Shown: in pieces, positions 25,601-36,700 of the stretch
How the letters are laid out: each line of letters opens with the position of its first letter
Numbering within the stretch: position 1 is the first letter of the stretch
Assembly: GCA_965202585.1 (NCBI GenBank)
Contig: OZ241833.1
Span: 30,938,001-31,002,000 of the forward strand
From: Thalia democratica
Lineage: Eukaryota
DNA: 64,000 bases
Reading direction: 5' to 3'
Made by a program: the position numbers and the translations under genes
Notes under the pieces: generated by a model
What the model was told of the DNA's origin: nothing
What the model saw: the letters and a program-made list of their open reading frames with translations, nothing else
The model's database searches: none

Positions 25601-28600
25601 TTAAATGTATGTAATTTCGAATTATGATTTGAACACTTTACAAAGGAGCCGAGCTGGCAGTGCACTCTGGCACAACCGTGCGGTGAAAAATTACTGAGCG
25701 ATTGCTTGGTGCAAATAATGAACCAGTTGACCATGGCAATTAGGAAAGACATCAACAAGTACTATCAGGTTCGTGTTTGAATATTGTTTTTTATTTAATA
25801 TGCGTTTTATTTACTTTCTGATCGTTTTCAAAACAAATGCATTGGTGATTGGCAGTAATTAGAATTTGAAAAAGTTTTTGCACAGTTGATTGCTGTAAAG
25901 AAAAACCAGCAAAATGTTATGAACAACAATTTATTAAATGTTAAATTGCATTACGCAGCAGTTTTAGCTAAAATTGTTATTAACTATATCAAAATGTTTA
26001 GTTTACATGTTAATGTTAGTTTGCTCACTTGAAAATATTTGGCCTTTGTTGATTTTATTTTTGAAATCACGGGCAACCACCTCAGAATACCTATAACTTG
26101 CGTTAAGAGAAGAAAAACAAAAAAAAAGATTTTTATGCTTCAAAGTTAGGTAAAAATAATTAAGGAGTTTTTTTAAACACAAATTAAAGCACCATGTAGA
26201 ACTTGTACCAACAGGAAACGAATAAGTGTATAATTTTAACACGTACAACTTTGACACACTTGTCCAGTAGAGTAAAAATTGAACGAGAATCAAGGCGTAC
26301 GACTATTGATTTGTATTTGATTGTTTGATAGAATTACACAATAAGCATGGGTGAAAAATTTTAAGACTATGAAATTAGAGTTTTGTCTTGGGTAAATTTT
26401 AGCATCCGCTCCAATGTTTGTTAACAAAAGTTTCCATTTACGTTATGTACTGTTTATTTTTATCAAAAAAACAAATTATACAAGTGTGAAAGCATCTTTC
26501 AAAACACAAAGCATTATAAATATAACGTCTAACGAAAATAAAAATAACAGACTCTGATCTTTGTAATGAATTTTCACTTTGATATCAAGCTTGATTAGAT
26601 TTCATTAAAAGCTCGACAATGTGACTTGCAGTTTGATGCCTTTGCGTTTTTTGTGCTAAATTTTATAAAAAATGTTTTTATTTATTAAATTCTAAATCAC
26701 GTATTCAAACACTTCATCCGGGTCAAAAATTATAATGAAAAAAATTAATTAGAATTTCGTACTAAATTGACCGCGACGACGGCCACCAACGAATTTTCTT
26801 TGATGTGCGATTAGCGGTTGTTGTGACGTCATAAATATTTGCGACGTGACTCCGAAGTGACGACGAAAAATTATTGGGGGGTCCCCTTGAAATGGGGGCA
26901 GATAGATTTATTTAATTTTTGGAGATGAGAAAGTTTTTAGTCGAATTGAATTGACTGCCACTTGAATTTAATCCGAAATAATTCGCTAAATTCTTTCGCC
27001 TTTCATCTTTTTAATGTTCTCATGAATTGAATTTTCTTTGTAACTTTTTTTTTGGCTCGGTGAATTTTATTGAATTCAAAATGTTCGCAATAAATCTAAA
27101 AAAAAAATTAACATTTTGATAGTTTGCTGTGTCCAAAAGCTCTTCTTGCATCTTTGAAAATCTAGTATAAAAAGTAGTTCATGTTTTGTTTGTTTAATTT
27201 TTGAGTTATAATTATATTTAATTTGAAGTTGCTATCTTAAGTTAGTTTTAAAATATGTAAATTGCTATTATGTATAAAAATATCAATATACATATCAAAA
27301 AATTATAAAGTTTAGGTTCAATAATAGTAACGAAGTTGTAAACTTTACAAACTAACAATTATAGATACATAAATTTTTAATATTTTTATTGTGAAATATT
27401 AATTTTAATATTTTAATTTAATAAAATAAATCACGATTGTTTTTTTGTAAAAAGAAGGCATTAAGAAAACGCAAAAACAAATACAACTTCACTGGGATCA
27501 TTTTTTATTTTCTCCATTTTCAAATTAAACATCGTTATTGAAATTGGGTTTTCTTATAAAAAAATTGTCAAAAAGTCGAAGCATACTTGAAGTTTCTTTA
27601 CAAACGAAGATGATATCAATAATAAGTACTGGCAATAAAAAGTCATTACCGCCTACAAAAGAACGTTAAAAGTGGAAAATTAAAAATAAAAACATGTACA
27701 AAAGAAATAAAGAAGAAAAGAACTGAACTTATATTTACCCAGGCATCGTTATTACTCGGCGGTACAAAAATATAATTGATGAGAAACTTTATTGAAAACA
27801 AACAAGGAAAATTGAAAATGTCTTGAGATTTAGCACGAGGGCTTTCGAGTGTTTTTCATTACTTTGTATTACAAGTTTAATGACGACACTGTGTTCTTTG
27901 AAGTTTGGTTTTATTTGTAAATTGAAATTAAAAAAGTCTGTGAACTGGTGTCTGTAACAAAAAAAAAATTAAACTCGAAAAAAAAAACAGTAAACGAAGA
28001 CTCGTGAAGTTTGTAACTTGTAGTTGTGAAGTATAAATGCGCATAATGAGCTGATTAAAAGTAAAAATGGTATTAGTAAAATTATAAGTTCTTAAACGCT
28101 TGTAAACTCTTTTCAGTTGCGTTTAAGTTTGACAAACAACAATTTAAGTTAATAAAACTTTGTCTAGATAATACTTAAATAGTCTTACTCTTAATTAGTT
28201 GTAACTGTTTCATATGGTCAGAATAGTTTAAAATTAGACATATATCAAAATATTCAAAAGTAAAACTATATTGCTCTTTAATTACCTTTGTATTTGTTTT
28301 TATATAGCATTATTTTAGGTATTTTTATTCTTCGTTTTTTTTATTAAAAAATCACAGAAGAATTTAGATAGTTATGTTCAAGCGGAAGTGTACACTTCAG
28401 TGTACAACATTAAAAAATCAGAGACTTTGACAACCCACTTTTAAAGTCCCTATTATGGTATTTTTATAAAAGGAACACTTGCTTTCAAAACACTCAAGAA
28501 AGCTAGTTTATAACGAATAAATATGATAAAAATTTAAACAAAAACACTAAAAGTTTCCTTGTTATCACTTTGATAACCCTTGACAAACCCCTAAACTTGA

Positions 28601-31600
28601 TAACCCCCTTTATTTTGGATTTTTTTATTTCTTTTTACCAAGTTTTATTTCTTGTAAGTGTCTTTATTTGCACTTTAGCCGTCATTATTTGGCGATTATT
28701 CGATATTGTGTTTGTTAAAAGGCACTTCTTAAGAACTTCAAACAATAAAAACGGATATTCTTGACCATTGTTGTTAATTTTTACTTTGTGAGTTTTTTCG
28801 ATATTAAAAATGCGACTTTAGCTGTCTTTTTTTTTAAAGATTTATGATTCTTTTTATTGTTTTCAATTGCCTTTTTATTGTAATGATGCTTGTTGAAAAG
28901 TTTGATGTTTACTAGTCAATAAGGGAACCGGATATGAACCAAGTTGTTGTTGAGGTTGTTTTATGAGTATTGATATTGAAAGTATACATTTATCTGATCA
29001 ATATTGAATAGACTATTAAACTATGTACCTTCATTAATTTTTCTGTTTATCATTTTATACTAAATATAGTTAGTTTCAAAGTGTTTTTATACAATAAGTT
29101 CGGTGATCAAAACTTTTGAAAGTGTTATTACTTATCACTATATGTATTGATTGTACATTGTAAAACTGAACTACTCCACAAACTGATTTTCTAGCTAAAC
29201 TAAAGCAATTTAATGTTATCATATTGCAAACATAAAATCACTTATGCAGGTGAAATAAATTAATTTCATCTTAAATTACTTGTAAGTATGTATGTAAAAA
29301 ATTATCTCTGTAAAGTGCAAAGTGCAAGAATTTCTTAGGCAGGTGAAACTCGTTACTTAAAATCTCAACGAGCCCGAAATATTTCGAGGTTCGACGTTCA
29401 CACGAGAACCTACTTGTTGCCCTCACCTTTGCATCATGTTTAATTATTACGTCACAGCGTCTTTATCATGTCAAGGAGGGTAATTTACAAGTGTATTTTT
29501 CATTAGTTGCCACTTAAGTTTTATGAACATTGTGACGGATCACGTCAGGTATTTTCTTCAAAAAAAAGTCATTGAATTTTTTTGTGGAATTTTTTTTTAA
29601 CCCATTTCTAGCTACTCGCAGTCATGTTTTAATTTGGAAATAATCATGGGAATTTTTCACAATCTGAAGTTATTGATTTTTTGATTGAATTATTATTTAA
29701 TCTAAAGTTTTTGCTGTTGAAAAGAGTGACAACTAAGACAGTTATAAAGCACGTAAAAGTATTATTTATAAAAATTCAGGTGCTGGTTTGCAGCGTATTT
29801 AGATTGTTTGAAATTATATGTTTAAAGTATACAAAAAAAAATTAAGCATTAAATGAAATTAAGTTTTAACATATTGGCATAAATTTGATACTGAAAAATA
29901 TAGCTCAGTAAGTTTTTATTAGCACTTTAAAAAAGTGCATTACTTAAGTATTTTGAAAACTTTTTAAGTCAAGATTTATTCGTTATAAATATTGAGTTTA
30001 CAATATTAAAAATATTTTCAAATTAAAAACGAAATGAATAACATTTATTTCATTACTTTTGAAAAGTGGTTAAAATTTACCCTCATTTAATCAACAATGG
30101 ACACTGCTCATCAAAAGCCCTTGAAAAGAAAACAGGGTTGTTTGAAAATAATAAAAAATCAATACAACAGATACGTGTAAACAATAAACTTTCACCGAAA
30201 ACAGACAATAGACGGTAATCTGCGCGATAACGAACGGTCATAATCACTTTTATGACGTCGAGTGTTTCACCATTATCACGTCATAATGGAATCAACGAGA
30301 TAATTACTCGAAACGAGCTTGTTTTTGGTGAAAGTTGAAATTTTAAGTGGATTTGCGCGATTGAATTTTTTATTACCATTTTCAAAAGTGGCCACTTGTG
30401 AGCTGTTTGTTCAACGTGTTACTTCGCGTTTGATTTGTGATTATGCGCGGTAATTTTGTGTGTTTGAAAAGTTGAAAGTTGCTAATCAATAAAACTTGTA
30501 AAGCACCCCTCGACATAAGTGAATGTTTGAAATGTAGAATTTTATTTGTCGTGTAATTTCAAAAAACGCTCGTTGTTTCCAAGTTTAGGTACGATCAGTC
30601 GTCTGTGCCCTGAATTCCGCGTAAAAAATGATGCTTTTGTTTCAACAGTTTTCAAACTCAGTTTTAAAAAGAAATACTATTTAGAATGATTGCAACTTTA
30701 GTGTATCATATGCATTTTTAGTTGAACATTTTTCAACTTCCCGAGAATGAAAATGCTTTTTGGTCTTTATAAGTACAAAAAAAATCTGTTTAAACGCAAA
30801 TTGTTTTGTTTTGTAGTTTATATATTTTTTTTAAACATATTAGACAACTTTTTCTATATTTTAACGTTTAAAATAACTACAACACAGAAATAAGTTGCAA
30901 TTTTGAAATGTTTGTTATTATCCATAAAATTGTTTTAACATATTAATAAACTTAAAAAAAAAACTAAATCTTAATTGAAATATTTATCTAAACTAACGTA
31001 TTGTTACGTCACAGGGTTGGACGGTTTGCGACGATCCTGCTTGTGGTCACCGAACCAGATCGGCCCCGAATCTCCATGACAACAGGGGTCTGGTGTGCAC
31101 CGTCTGTTACGGGGGAATCCTCAAGAGCGAGGTACGTCGTAGCATTGTTACGTCATAGTTTTTTTTTGTTAGAGAAAAGTTTGTGACGTCAACTGTGGAC
31201 GCTTTTTGAAGTTATTTTCTTAGTTGTTACGATGCTACGAAACTTAAAAAATGTATTTTGATAAGCTGTAAAAGTTATTATTAAAACTGTCTTCATTACG
31301 TTTTTTTTTCAAATATTTTATTTTTAAATAACTTTAAAAGACTCAAAAACTCCTTAAGAACTTTTCAGTATTTTTCGAAATTCATATTTGTATTTTCAGT
31401 ATTCGTACCGGGATTTGTACCAGCAGTTGTGCTTCTACAGACTCCAGTTTGACGTGGATTATGCGTTGAGAAAGTACAAGAAAAACAATATAAGTTTGTT
31501 TTTTGTACATAATAGACTAATACACATAAGATATAGTATACAAATTTTATATTTTTATGTTGCTTTTTTTTTAATTTTACACAAGTTTAAAGCATCTTTT

Positions 31601-32231
31601 TAGAAGTAAATGATAGCAGTTTTCCTCACACTCGTTAAGCAAATTTTAAAACTTCAACTCTAACTATGTTATGGAATATGTTTCTCAAAATCATTTTGAT
31701 AGCTGCCCCCTTGGCAGAAAGTTATAAAATCCCTTTTTAGATATTGACCTTTTACTAGTAAATCACCCATTACTTTTTCGTGCGCTTATAATTGTATGCA
31801 TCCCTGATCACCAAAATTGCCCACAAGGGCACGACACGCCCACTTTGGGAAACCCCGCCTTTGAATATTCAGTTGTTTTACACCATAACTGTTCATAATA
31901 TAAATTTAAGTGTTTGTTAACAAAATATAGTCTTTCCATTCATAACCCCGTTGAAATGTGTTAAACCGTTAACACACAGAAACATATGTTGGTACGATAA
32001 AGGAAGATTACTGTATAATTTGTTTTTATTTTATGATATCTACTCGTTCTCACAGACTCGAACGCGAACGTGAAGGTGCAAAAGTACAAGGTGCAGTACA
32101 GGAAGCTGACAGACGTCGTCGACGCCTTCCTGCAGATGAACGGCTACAACAACGTGTCGCTGGCCTCGCTTTTCAGCTGGATGTCGGTTAATCGAAGCAG
32201 CAAGGTTGTCAAGACGGAACGCGTGAACTGA
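1505..32231 (+). CDS. POLA1: DNA polymerase alpha catalytic subunit, 3' portion (19 exons; 5' exons lie upstream of the window)
   Basis: GT-AG exons join in frame and contain family-B polymerase motifs [56 protein letters not shown] and the C-terminal CDDPAC..CTVC site; order is colinear with human POLA1 as I recall it. Confidence 0.97.
3759..3799 (-). ncRNA. Minimal type I hammerhead ribozyme (U3:A8 variant), sense to the retroelement, near its 3' end
   Basis: On the minus strand: ACAAT-TTGAAAA-T-CCGC(TCT)GCGG-T-GAA-AC(TGA)GT-A-ATTGT; stem I ACAAT/ATTGT, GUA cleavage triplet. Confidence 0.75.
4600..6347 (-). pseudogene. Penelope-like RT-GIY-YIG ORF split by a 1-nt frameshift in an A7 run near 5582-5588
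   Basis: ORF-track pieces 5571-6347 and 4600-5583 join ([15 protein letters not shown]) if one A is added; that length matches the equivalent region of the second element. Confidence 0.9.
6846..6886 (+). ncRNA. Second copy of the same hammerhead in the inverted repeat, sense to the POLA1 pre-mRNA
   Basis: acaat ttgaaaa t ccgc tct gcgg t gaa ac tga gt a attgt. Confidence 0.75.
7142..7492. mobile_element. MITE with (C)AGGGTTGCCAC terminal inverted repeats
   Basis: agggttgccac at 7143 and gtggcaaccct ending 7491; internal aacctgga repeats; ttatca on both flanks; related copy at 33095. Confidence 0.75.
7521..8274. repeat. Minisatellite of 70-72 bp units made of a POLA1 3' splice site plus the first ~34 nt of exon B; includes a 211-bp higher-order duplication
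   Basis: CAG|AAACCT acceptor-like junctions with exon-like starts at 7535, 7605, 7677, 7749, 7819, 7889, 7960, 8030, 8100, 8171 and the true one at 8241. Confidence 0.95.
8241..8359 (+). CDS. POLA1: POLA1 exon B ([40 protein letters not shown])
   Basis: Begins at the last unit of the 70-bp repeat (ttccgcag|); phase 2 joins exon A with no gap against human [26 protein letters not shown] donor. Confidence 0.9.
8955..9056 (+). CDS. POLA1: POLA1 exon C ([23 protein letters not shown])
   Basis: caacag acceptor, GTAAGA donor, conserved motif. Confidence 0.93.
9471..9512 (+). CDS. POLA1: POLA1 exon D ([13 protein letters not shown]), 42-nt phase-1 exon
   Basis: ttcaacag acceptor, GTAAAA donor; phases match exons C and E; corresponds to the variable charged linker. 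Confidence 0.75.
11228..11560. repeat. Degenerate local tandem duplication (~186-bp period) upstream of exon E
   Basis: gaatcccctatgacc...gaaaatg(a/g)ccttaaacaa occurs twice. Confidence 0.75.
11608..11792 (+). CDS. POLA1: POLA1 exon E ([12 protein letters not shown]...[19 protein letters not shown]), polymerase motif A
   Basis: cccgcag acceptor, GTTGGT donor. Confidence 0.95.
12233..12373 (+). CDS. POLA1: POLA1 exon F ([22 protein letters not shown])
   Basis: catag acceptor, GTGATT donor. Confidence 0.93.
12529..12933. repeat. Degenerate tandem duplication (~265-275 bp period) spanning the exon G acceptor
   Basis: tgtaaaaataaa..aaaacc.ttttgtttta...gtcgttaattt at 12529 and 12803; ttcatatccacag|tacaaaacccgtcataaagtgttgaa versus ttcatgtccacag|tacgacatccgccagaaagcgctgaa. 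Confidence 0.8.
12907..13029 (+). CDS. POLA1: POLA1 exon G ([21 protein letters not shown]), motif B
   Basis: ccacag acceptor, GTGAGA donor. Confidence 0.95.
15602..15882. mobile_element. Degenerate hAT-type MITE (CAGCGGTTCTTAACC TIR family)
   Basis: Right TIR ggttaagaaccgctg intact, left degenerate; internal similarity to 33315-33606. Confidence 0.55.
16507..16632 (+). CDS. POLA1: POLA1 exon H ([15 protein letters not shown]), catalytic motif C
   Basis: gttcag acceptor, GTACGT donor. Confidence 0.95.
19324..19436 (+). CDS. POLA1: POLA1 exon I ([34 protein letters not shown])
   Basis: tttcag acceptor, GTTTGT donor. Confidence 0.95.
19554..19757. mobile_element. hAT-type MITE, 204 bp
   Basis: 14-bp TIR cagggtttcctaaa / tttaggaaaccctg; 8-bp TSD ctttagat / ctatagat (1 mismatch). 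Confidence 0.85.
20571..20663 (+). CDS. POLA1: POLA1 exon J ([18 protein letters not shown])
   Basis: ctccag acceptor, GTTTGT donor. Confidence 0.95.
21027..21159 (+). CDS. POLA1: POLA1 exon K ([23 protein letters not shown])
   Basis: ttacag acceptor, GTTTGT donor. Confidence 0.9.
21734..21868 (+). CDS. POLA1: POLA1 exon L ([21 protein letters not shown]...GDVVAYVIC)
   Basis: tttaag acceptor, GTTGGT donor. Confidence 0.92.
22272..22343 (+). CDS. POLA1: POLA1 exon M ([17 protein letters not shown])
   Basis: aaacag acceptor, GTAATT donor. Confidence 0.9.
23724..23826 (+). CDS. POLA1: POLA1 exon N ([22 protein letters not shown])
   Basis: caacag acceptor, GTATGA donor. Confidence 0.93.
24221..24423 (+). 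CDS. POLA1: POLA1 exon O ([10 protein letters not shown]...EEERYSGC...KGLFVDL)
   Basis: aatcag acceptor, GTTAGT donor; GLD and TEEERY match the start of the C-terminal domain. Confidence 0.88.
25646..25768 (+). CDS. POLA1: POLA1 exon P ([12 protein letters not shown]...[17 protein letters not shown])
   Basis: caaag acceptor, GTTCGT donor; aligns with human EPSLYRCSNIDC...IKKYY. Confidence 0.88.
31015..31131 (+). CDS. POLA1: POLA1 exon Q ([15 protein letters not shown]...CTVC), second Cys4 metal site
   Basis: tcacag acceptor, GTACGT donor. Confidence 0.93.
31400..31493 (+). CDS. POLA1: POLA1 exon R ([20 protein letters not shown])
   Basis: tttcag acceptor, GTTTGT donor. Confidence 0.9.
31617..31857. 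mobile_element. Possible older relative of the 19554 hAT MITE
   Basis: Right end cccactttgggaaacccc resembles cccactttaggaaaccctg; left end cagttttcctcacact is degenerate; no clear TSD. Confidence 0.45.
32056..32231 (+). CDS. POLA1: POLA1 terminal exon S (...[17 protein letters not shown]...*)
   Basis: ctcacag acceptor; GY..V.L..LF motif; TGA at 32229-32231; AATAAA at 32298-32303. Confidence 0.92.
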
Positions 32232-33094
32232 CGAATGGAATGCAATACGCGTGTGTATATGAGTTTTTAGTGTTTTTGTTTTCGTTCGCTTTTTTACAAT
32301 AAACTTGTGGTTTGAAATGATTGGTTGTTTGATTTTGGGAATTAGTTTAAGTTGTAGGCGAAAAAAAAATATTTTTGTGACTAAATGGTTGGAATTGGAC
32401 GCCAATATATTTTCTATACCCAACGTAATATAAAGTGTATTCAATGAATATAACAACAGAGGTTGCAAGCAGTTTTCTGTCTTGGTTAAACATCTACGAT
32501 TGTTTAAAAGAAGATGGTTTGTTTGTTTTCTGGGATGAAAGTAGGGTAAGCGGTGTTTTTTAACAATATGGTCGAAGTTTAAATGAAAAATATGTTTAAT
32601 ACAAAACCAGGCAGTTACCAAGTTTTACCACTGATCGGCTTTTTAACTGCGATTCTTATTATTAGAAGTAACCAAGTTGGTACATGTCTGACGTGAAAAC
32701 TGTATGTGTAATTAACAAGTACTAAAAACGTAAACTAAAAGATGGAAATGCGCATAAACAGGTGCCGATAAATTAACATTGTACAAGTAAAAATCTCCTG
32801 ACAAAATTATAAATTTAAGTATATGAAGTCTGTACATATTTGCATTTACTCGGTAGAAATTTGTATGCGAACATCTAAATATGCGTCCTTTTTAACAGCA
32901 AAAATGTTAAGTATTTTTAATAAAAACAGTTTGAAAGTACTCAATTTGTTATAACGCACGTTTCTCTGTGTTTTACTTGTTAACGTTTTATGTGCGTCAG
33001 CTTTCAATAAACTGAGTGTTTTTCAAATTGTTGCATGTTCAAACGAAATTGTTTCGTTTAGATCTCGGTTAGACCAGAAGTTGTTAGCAGTAAA

Positions 33095-33762
33095 CAGGGT
33101 TGCCAAATTAAAATTAACAACAAAGCTGAAAAAACCTGGAATTTGAGAAATATTGAAGAAACCTGGAATTTTGAACAAAAGTCACTAAAAACTCTGGAAT
33201 TTTTAGCAACTTTTACATAAAAGCTTATAATTTTTAGATTTAATACGAAAAATCAATTATACAAAAATCAATTTTATTTTTTTTATTGAAAAACACGTAT
33301 AAAGTAGCTTTAAAGCAGCTATTCTTAACCTTGGGTAAATTTACCTCTGGGGGTGAATTCCCTTGTTTTAGGAGATATATTTTCTTTATTACAATTTATG
33401 CAAGTTAGTGTTTATCAATTGTTGTTTTAGTTTATAAGTTAGTGTTAAAATTAAATATTTTTTTAGGTGTTATGATTAATAAGCTTAAAGTTCAAAAAAT
33501 CAAGTTTTTTTTCCTTAAAACTAAACACTATATTGTTAATTTAGGGTAAATTTGGTAATAAGCTTCCAATAAGGGGTAAAAAACTAAAAAAGGTTAAGAA
33601 CTCCTCCTTAAAAGTATCTCTTCAATGTTGTTAAACTATTTAAGACCGTCTTTTACCTTAAATTTAGTTTTGTACCAAAATGGGTCAAATTTTTTTTATT
33701 CCTAATCTGGAAGAAGTTTAGAAAACCAAGAAAAAAACTTCAAAAAACCTTTGGCAACCCTG
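33095..33762. mobile_element. CAGGGTTGCCA-TIR MITE containing a nested insertion
   Basis: cagggttgccaa / ttggcaaccctg TIRs; aacctggaattt repeats shared with the 7142 copy. Confidence 0.75.
33315..33606. mobile_element. hAT-type MITE nested in the preceding MITE
   Basis: cagctattcttaacc / ggttaagaactcctc degenerate TIRs; 8-bp TSD ctttaaag / cttaaaag. Confidence 0.7.
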
Positions 33763-36700
33763 AAAAATTAAACATCAAAATATATTTTTGAGCTTTTTCA
33801 GCTAGGCATTAACAGTAACATAGGGGTACAAACGATGTCACGAAAAATCTGATGGTTGGACATTGTAAGATCAAAACCCACTAGTCGACATAGCAGCAAA
33901 ATCTGCAAGTAACAAGAAATGTTTAACATAACTTGAAACCCTCTGTTGTATGTATTAGACTTGAAAAGAATAAGTTTCAAGTCTGACATAGTAAAGCTAA
34001 GCATTAATTAAATTCAAATGACTATCAATTTTGCTTGCACTTGTTTACTAATAACGTACAAAAACAATTAAAACTACTAACAATTAAGTTTGTTGTGTAA
34101 GCAAAAAAAGGTTTATTAATTAATTGATTTGCAAAAAAAAGTCATCTTGCCATCTTTGAAGTTTGACAATGAGTTTTTTGTTGTTAGAGAAAAAATGTAT
34201 AATTCAACACCTTATATCATTTTATAAAAAAATAATAGACGAATTAGCTTGCTTTTACTGTTTTATTAAGACAATGGGTTAAATAATATACCAAAAGGCA
34301 CAAAACTTGCTAACTAAAACTATACTGAAACTCAGAAAATGTATTTTTACGTATAAATATCTCAGGTTGTAAAACTTTGATAACATAGTTACTTATGTGG
34401 TTATATAATTACAAACAAGATTTTTTTTTAACAGCTTTTGTATAAGATATTTCAAACACACTAATTGTAAGAATTTCTGTTAGTTTACCTGCTAAAACAT
34501 TTAACACAGCTAGTATTAATTAGCATATTTTTTACCTTGAGCTGTTATATTTTCGAATAACAATTTTCAACGATGCTAAAGCATTTTGATATAGAGTTGA
34601 AACTAGTATCTTTAAAACAAAAAGGAAATCATAAACAAATCAAGAACAACTCACTTTTGAGTTAAAAAGAGTAAATTAATTTTTATTAGGATTGCTTGTA
34701 GAGTTTTAAATAAGAATTTGTGTTCTTCAAAGTTCTTCAAAGTTAAAAAATAAATGAAATAAATTTCAACAAATTTAAAAGGATTCATGACTAGAATTTA
34801 GACTTTAAAAACGAACTTTATTAGTCAGCTTAAAAAGTTTTCTTGAATTTTTTTTACCAACTAGTAAGAAGCCAACACTTATTCTATTAGAAAACACATT
34901 GCAACACACAGCGAAATCAAAACAACCTAATGTAAATAAAAAATTGAAAAACTAAACGATTATTGATTTTTTATTCGTAAGCTTATCGGTTAAATCGCGT
35001 CGCTTTGATTATAGATAATTTAGTAAAACAATTCTACGAAACCAAAAACATGTGATTATTGTTACAAGTAATATTAATGTTAAATAAACAATTGTATAAT
35101 GATAAAAAAATCCAAGCACAGTATAACTTCCTTTTACGTATTTGATTAATCAGTGTTCTTCTTATTATTAATTGAAACCAAACAGTTGTCTTAACCGATT
35201 TGATTAAAATTAAAAGCTTTTCTAAAAAGAACACATAAAAGCCGAGATCTCTCAAAAGCTGTTTTAATGCTTTGCTACCTGATTTTGATAAAGCAGAACT
35301 TTTAAAGTTCTTTTTGAAAAACTAGTTTTCAACCCTGAGCTTAGTTTCAAAAAGTAACAGACAAATTAAAAGTACGAGCTTAGTTATTAGGCTATAAATT
35401 CTTGTTTTATTTTGTAGCAAAGGTATGTTTTGTTTACTTTAGAATACGTTTAAGTGAGTGAAAACATTAAACTTAACTTAATAACTTGATAGGAAGATTT
35501 GCAATGAGAGCCTTTGCATTCTAAGAAGTACAAAAATAACAAAGTTTATTACGCTACTGTCATAAAATAAGTAAACAAAATTACAAGAGTTTAAATTTAT
35601 GTTTGCGCAAAATTTATTATCAGAAAAAAAAACAATGATTCATTCCAAGTCATTATCAAATTATCTTAAATGCTATATTTTGAGCTCTGTTTGACTTATA
35701 TACTTCTGAAACTAGATCGATATTTATAGTTTAAATGCATAATATTGCTGAATTAATTCGATCGCTTTTTTCAAGCTCTATTTAAAATCTGAATAAATTT
35801 GACATGACCATTGAATTTAAAACATCTCAAGCTAGTAGTTTGCTAAAGCCTGATGATTGTACTAGTTTATTATACTATACTGACGAAAAAAAAAACATGT
35901 TTCTAATTCAAGACTATAAAAACGTCAATTAATTTTGTATGTTTAGTTTAACAGTGATTGAAAAGTATAAGAAAATACGGAGGTTTTTTGTTTTATTGCT
36001 ATGAATGATTTTATTAGAATTAGAACTATGACAAACGCGAATAAAAAAAGAATGCGTACGGTCTACGGGAAATTTCAACTTATAGTAAAACACAAGTAAA
36101 AGTTAATTTTTCTAAATTTAGTCAGTCAAATTCGAAGAATTGATATAATCGCTTTTATTAATATTGATTTTGTTTTTATATGAATATATATATATAGTAC
36201 AAAACGCTGCAACGCAAGCTTCATTCCCATTGCAAGAGGTAAAGGTAGTACGCTTTTTTTGTTTAAATAAACAAGCTCAAAAAAGGACTGCTGTAAATTA
36301 AAAACCGGTGAGTCTGTAAAAAGTTTTTTTTTTTGTTAAATAGTCCTACTTGAGTATTTAAGTGTTCGGTACGAAATTAGAAAACTTTTTTTCAGCTTGT
36401 CAATATAACGATGTTTTGTAAAAATTTAAAATTACGATATTTTGAGCTGCGCTGCTGAAGTGAAGCAGTCGTGTGATAATTAAAAGCTTTTGCATTCAAA
36501 TGAACTACCGCTCAAGTAAGAAGCAGGGCTAGCCTGATCACAACTCAAATTTTGTTAAATGCAAACATCGTGTTGCAACATGTGTGCAGCAATTTCAAAC
36601 AAATGCAATTTTAATATAGAGTGTATTTTTGGAATCTGTCTGTCAGTATTAGTTATAGTGAAAATAGTAATTTATTTCCAACTAAACGACCTTTGAACTC

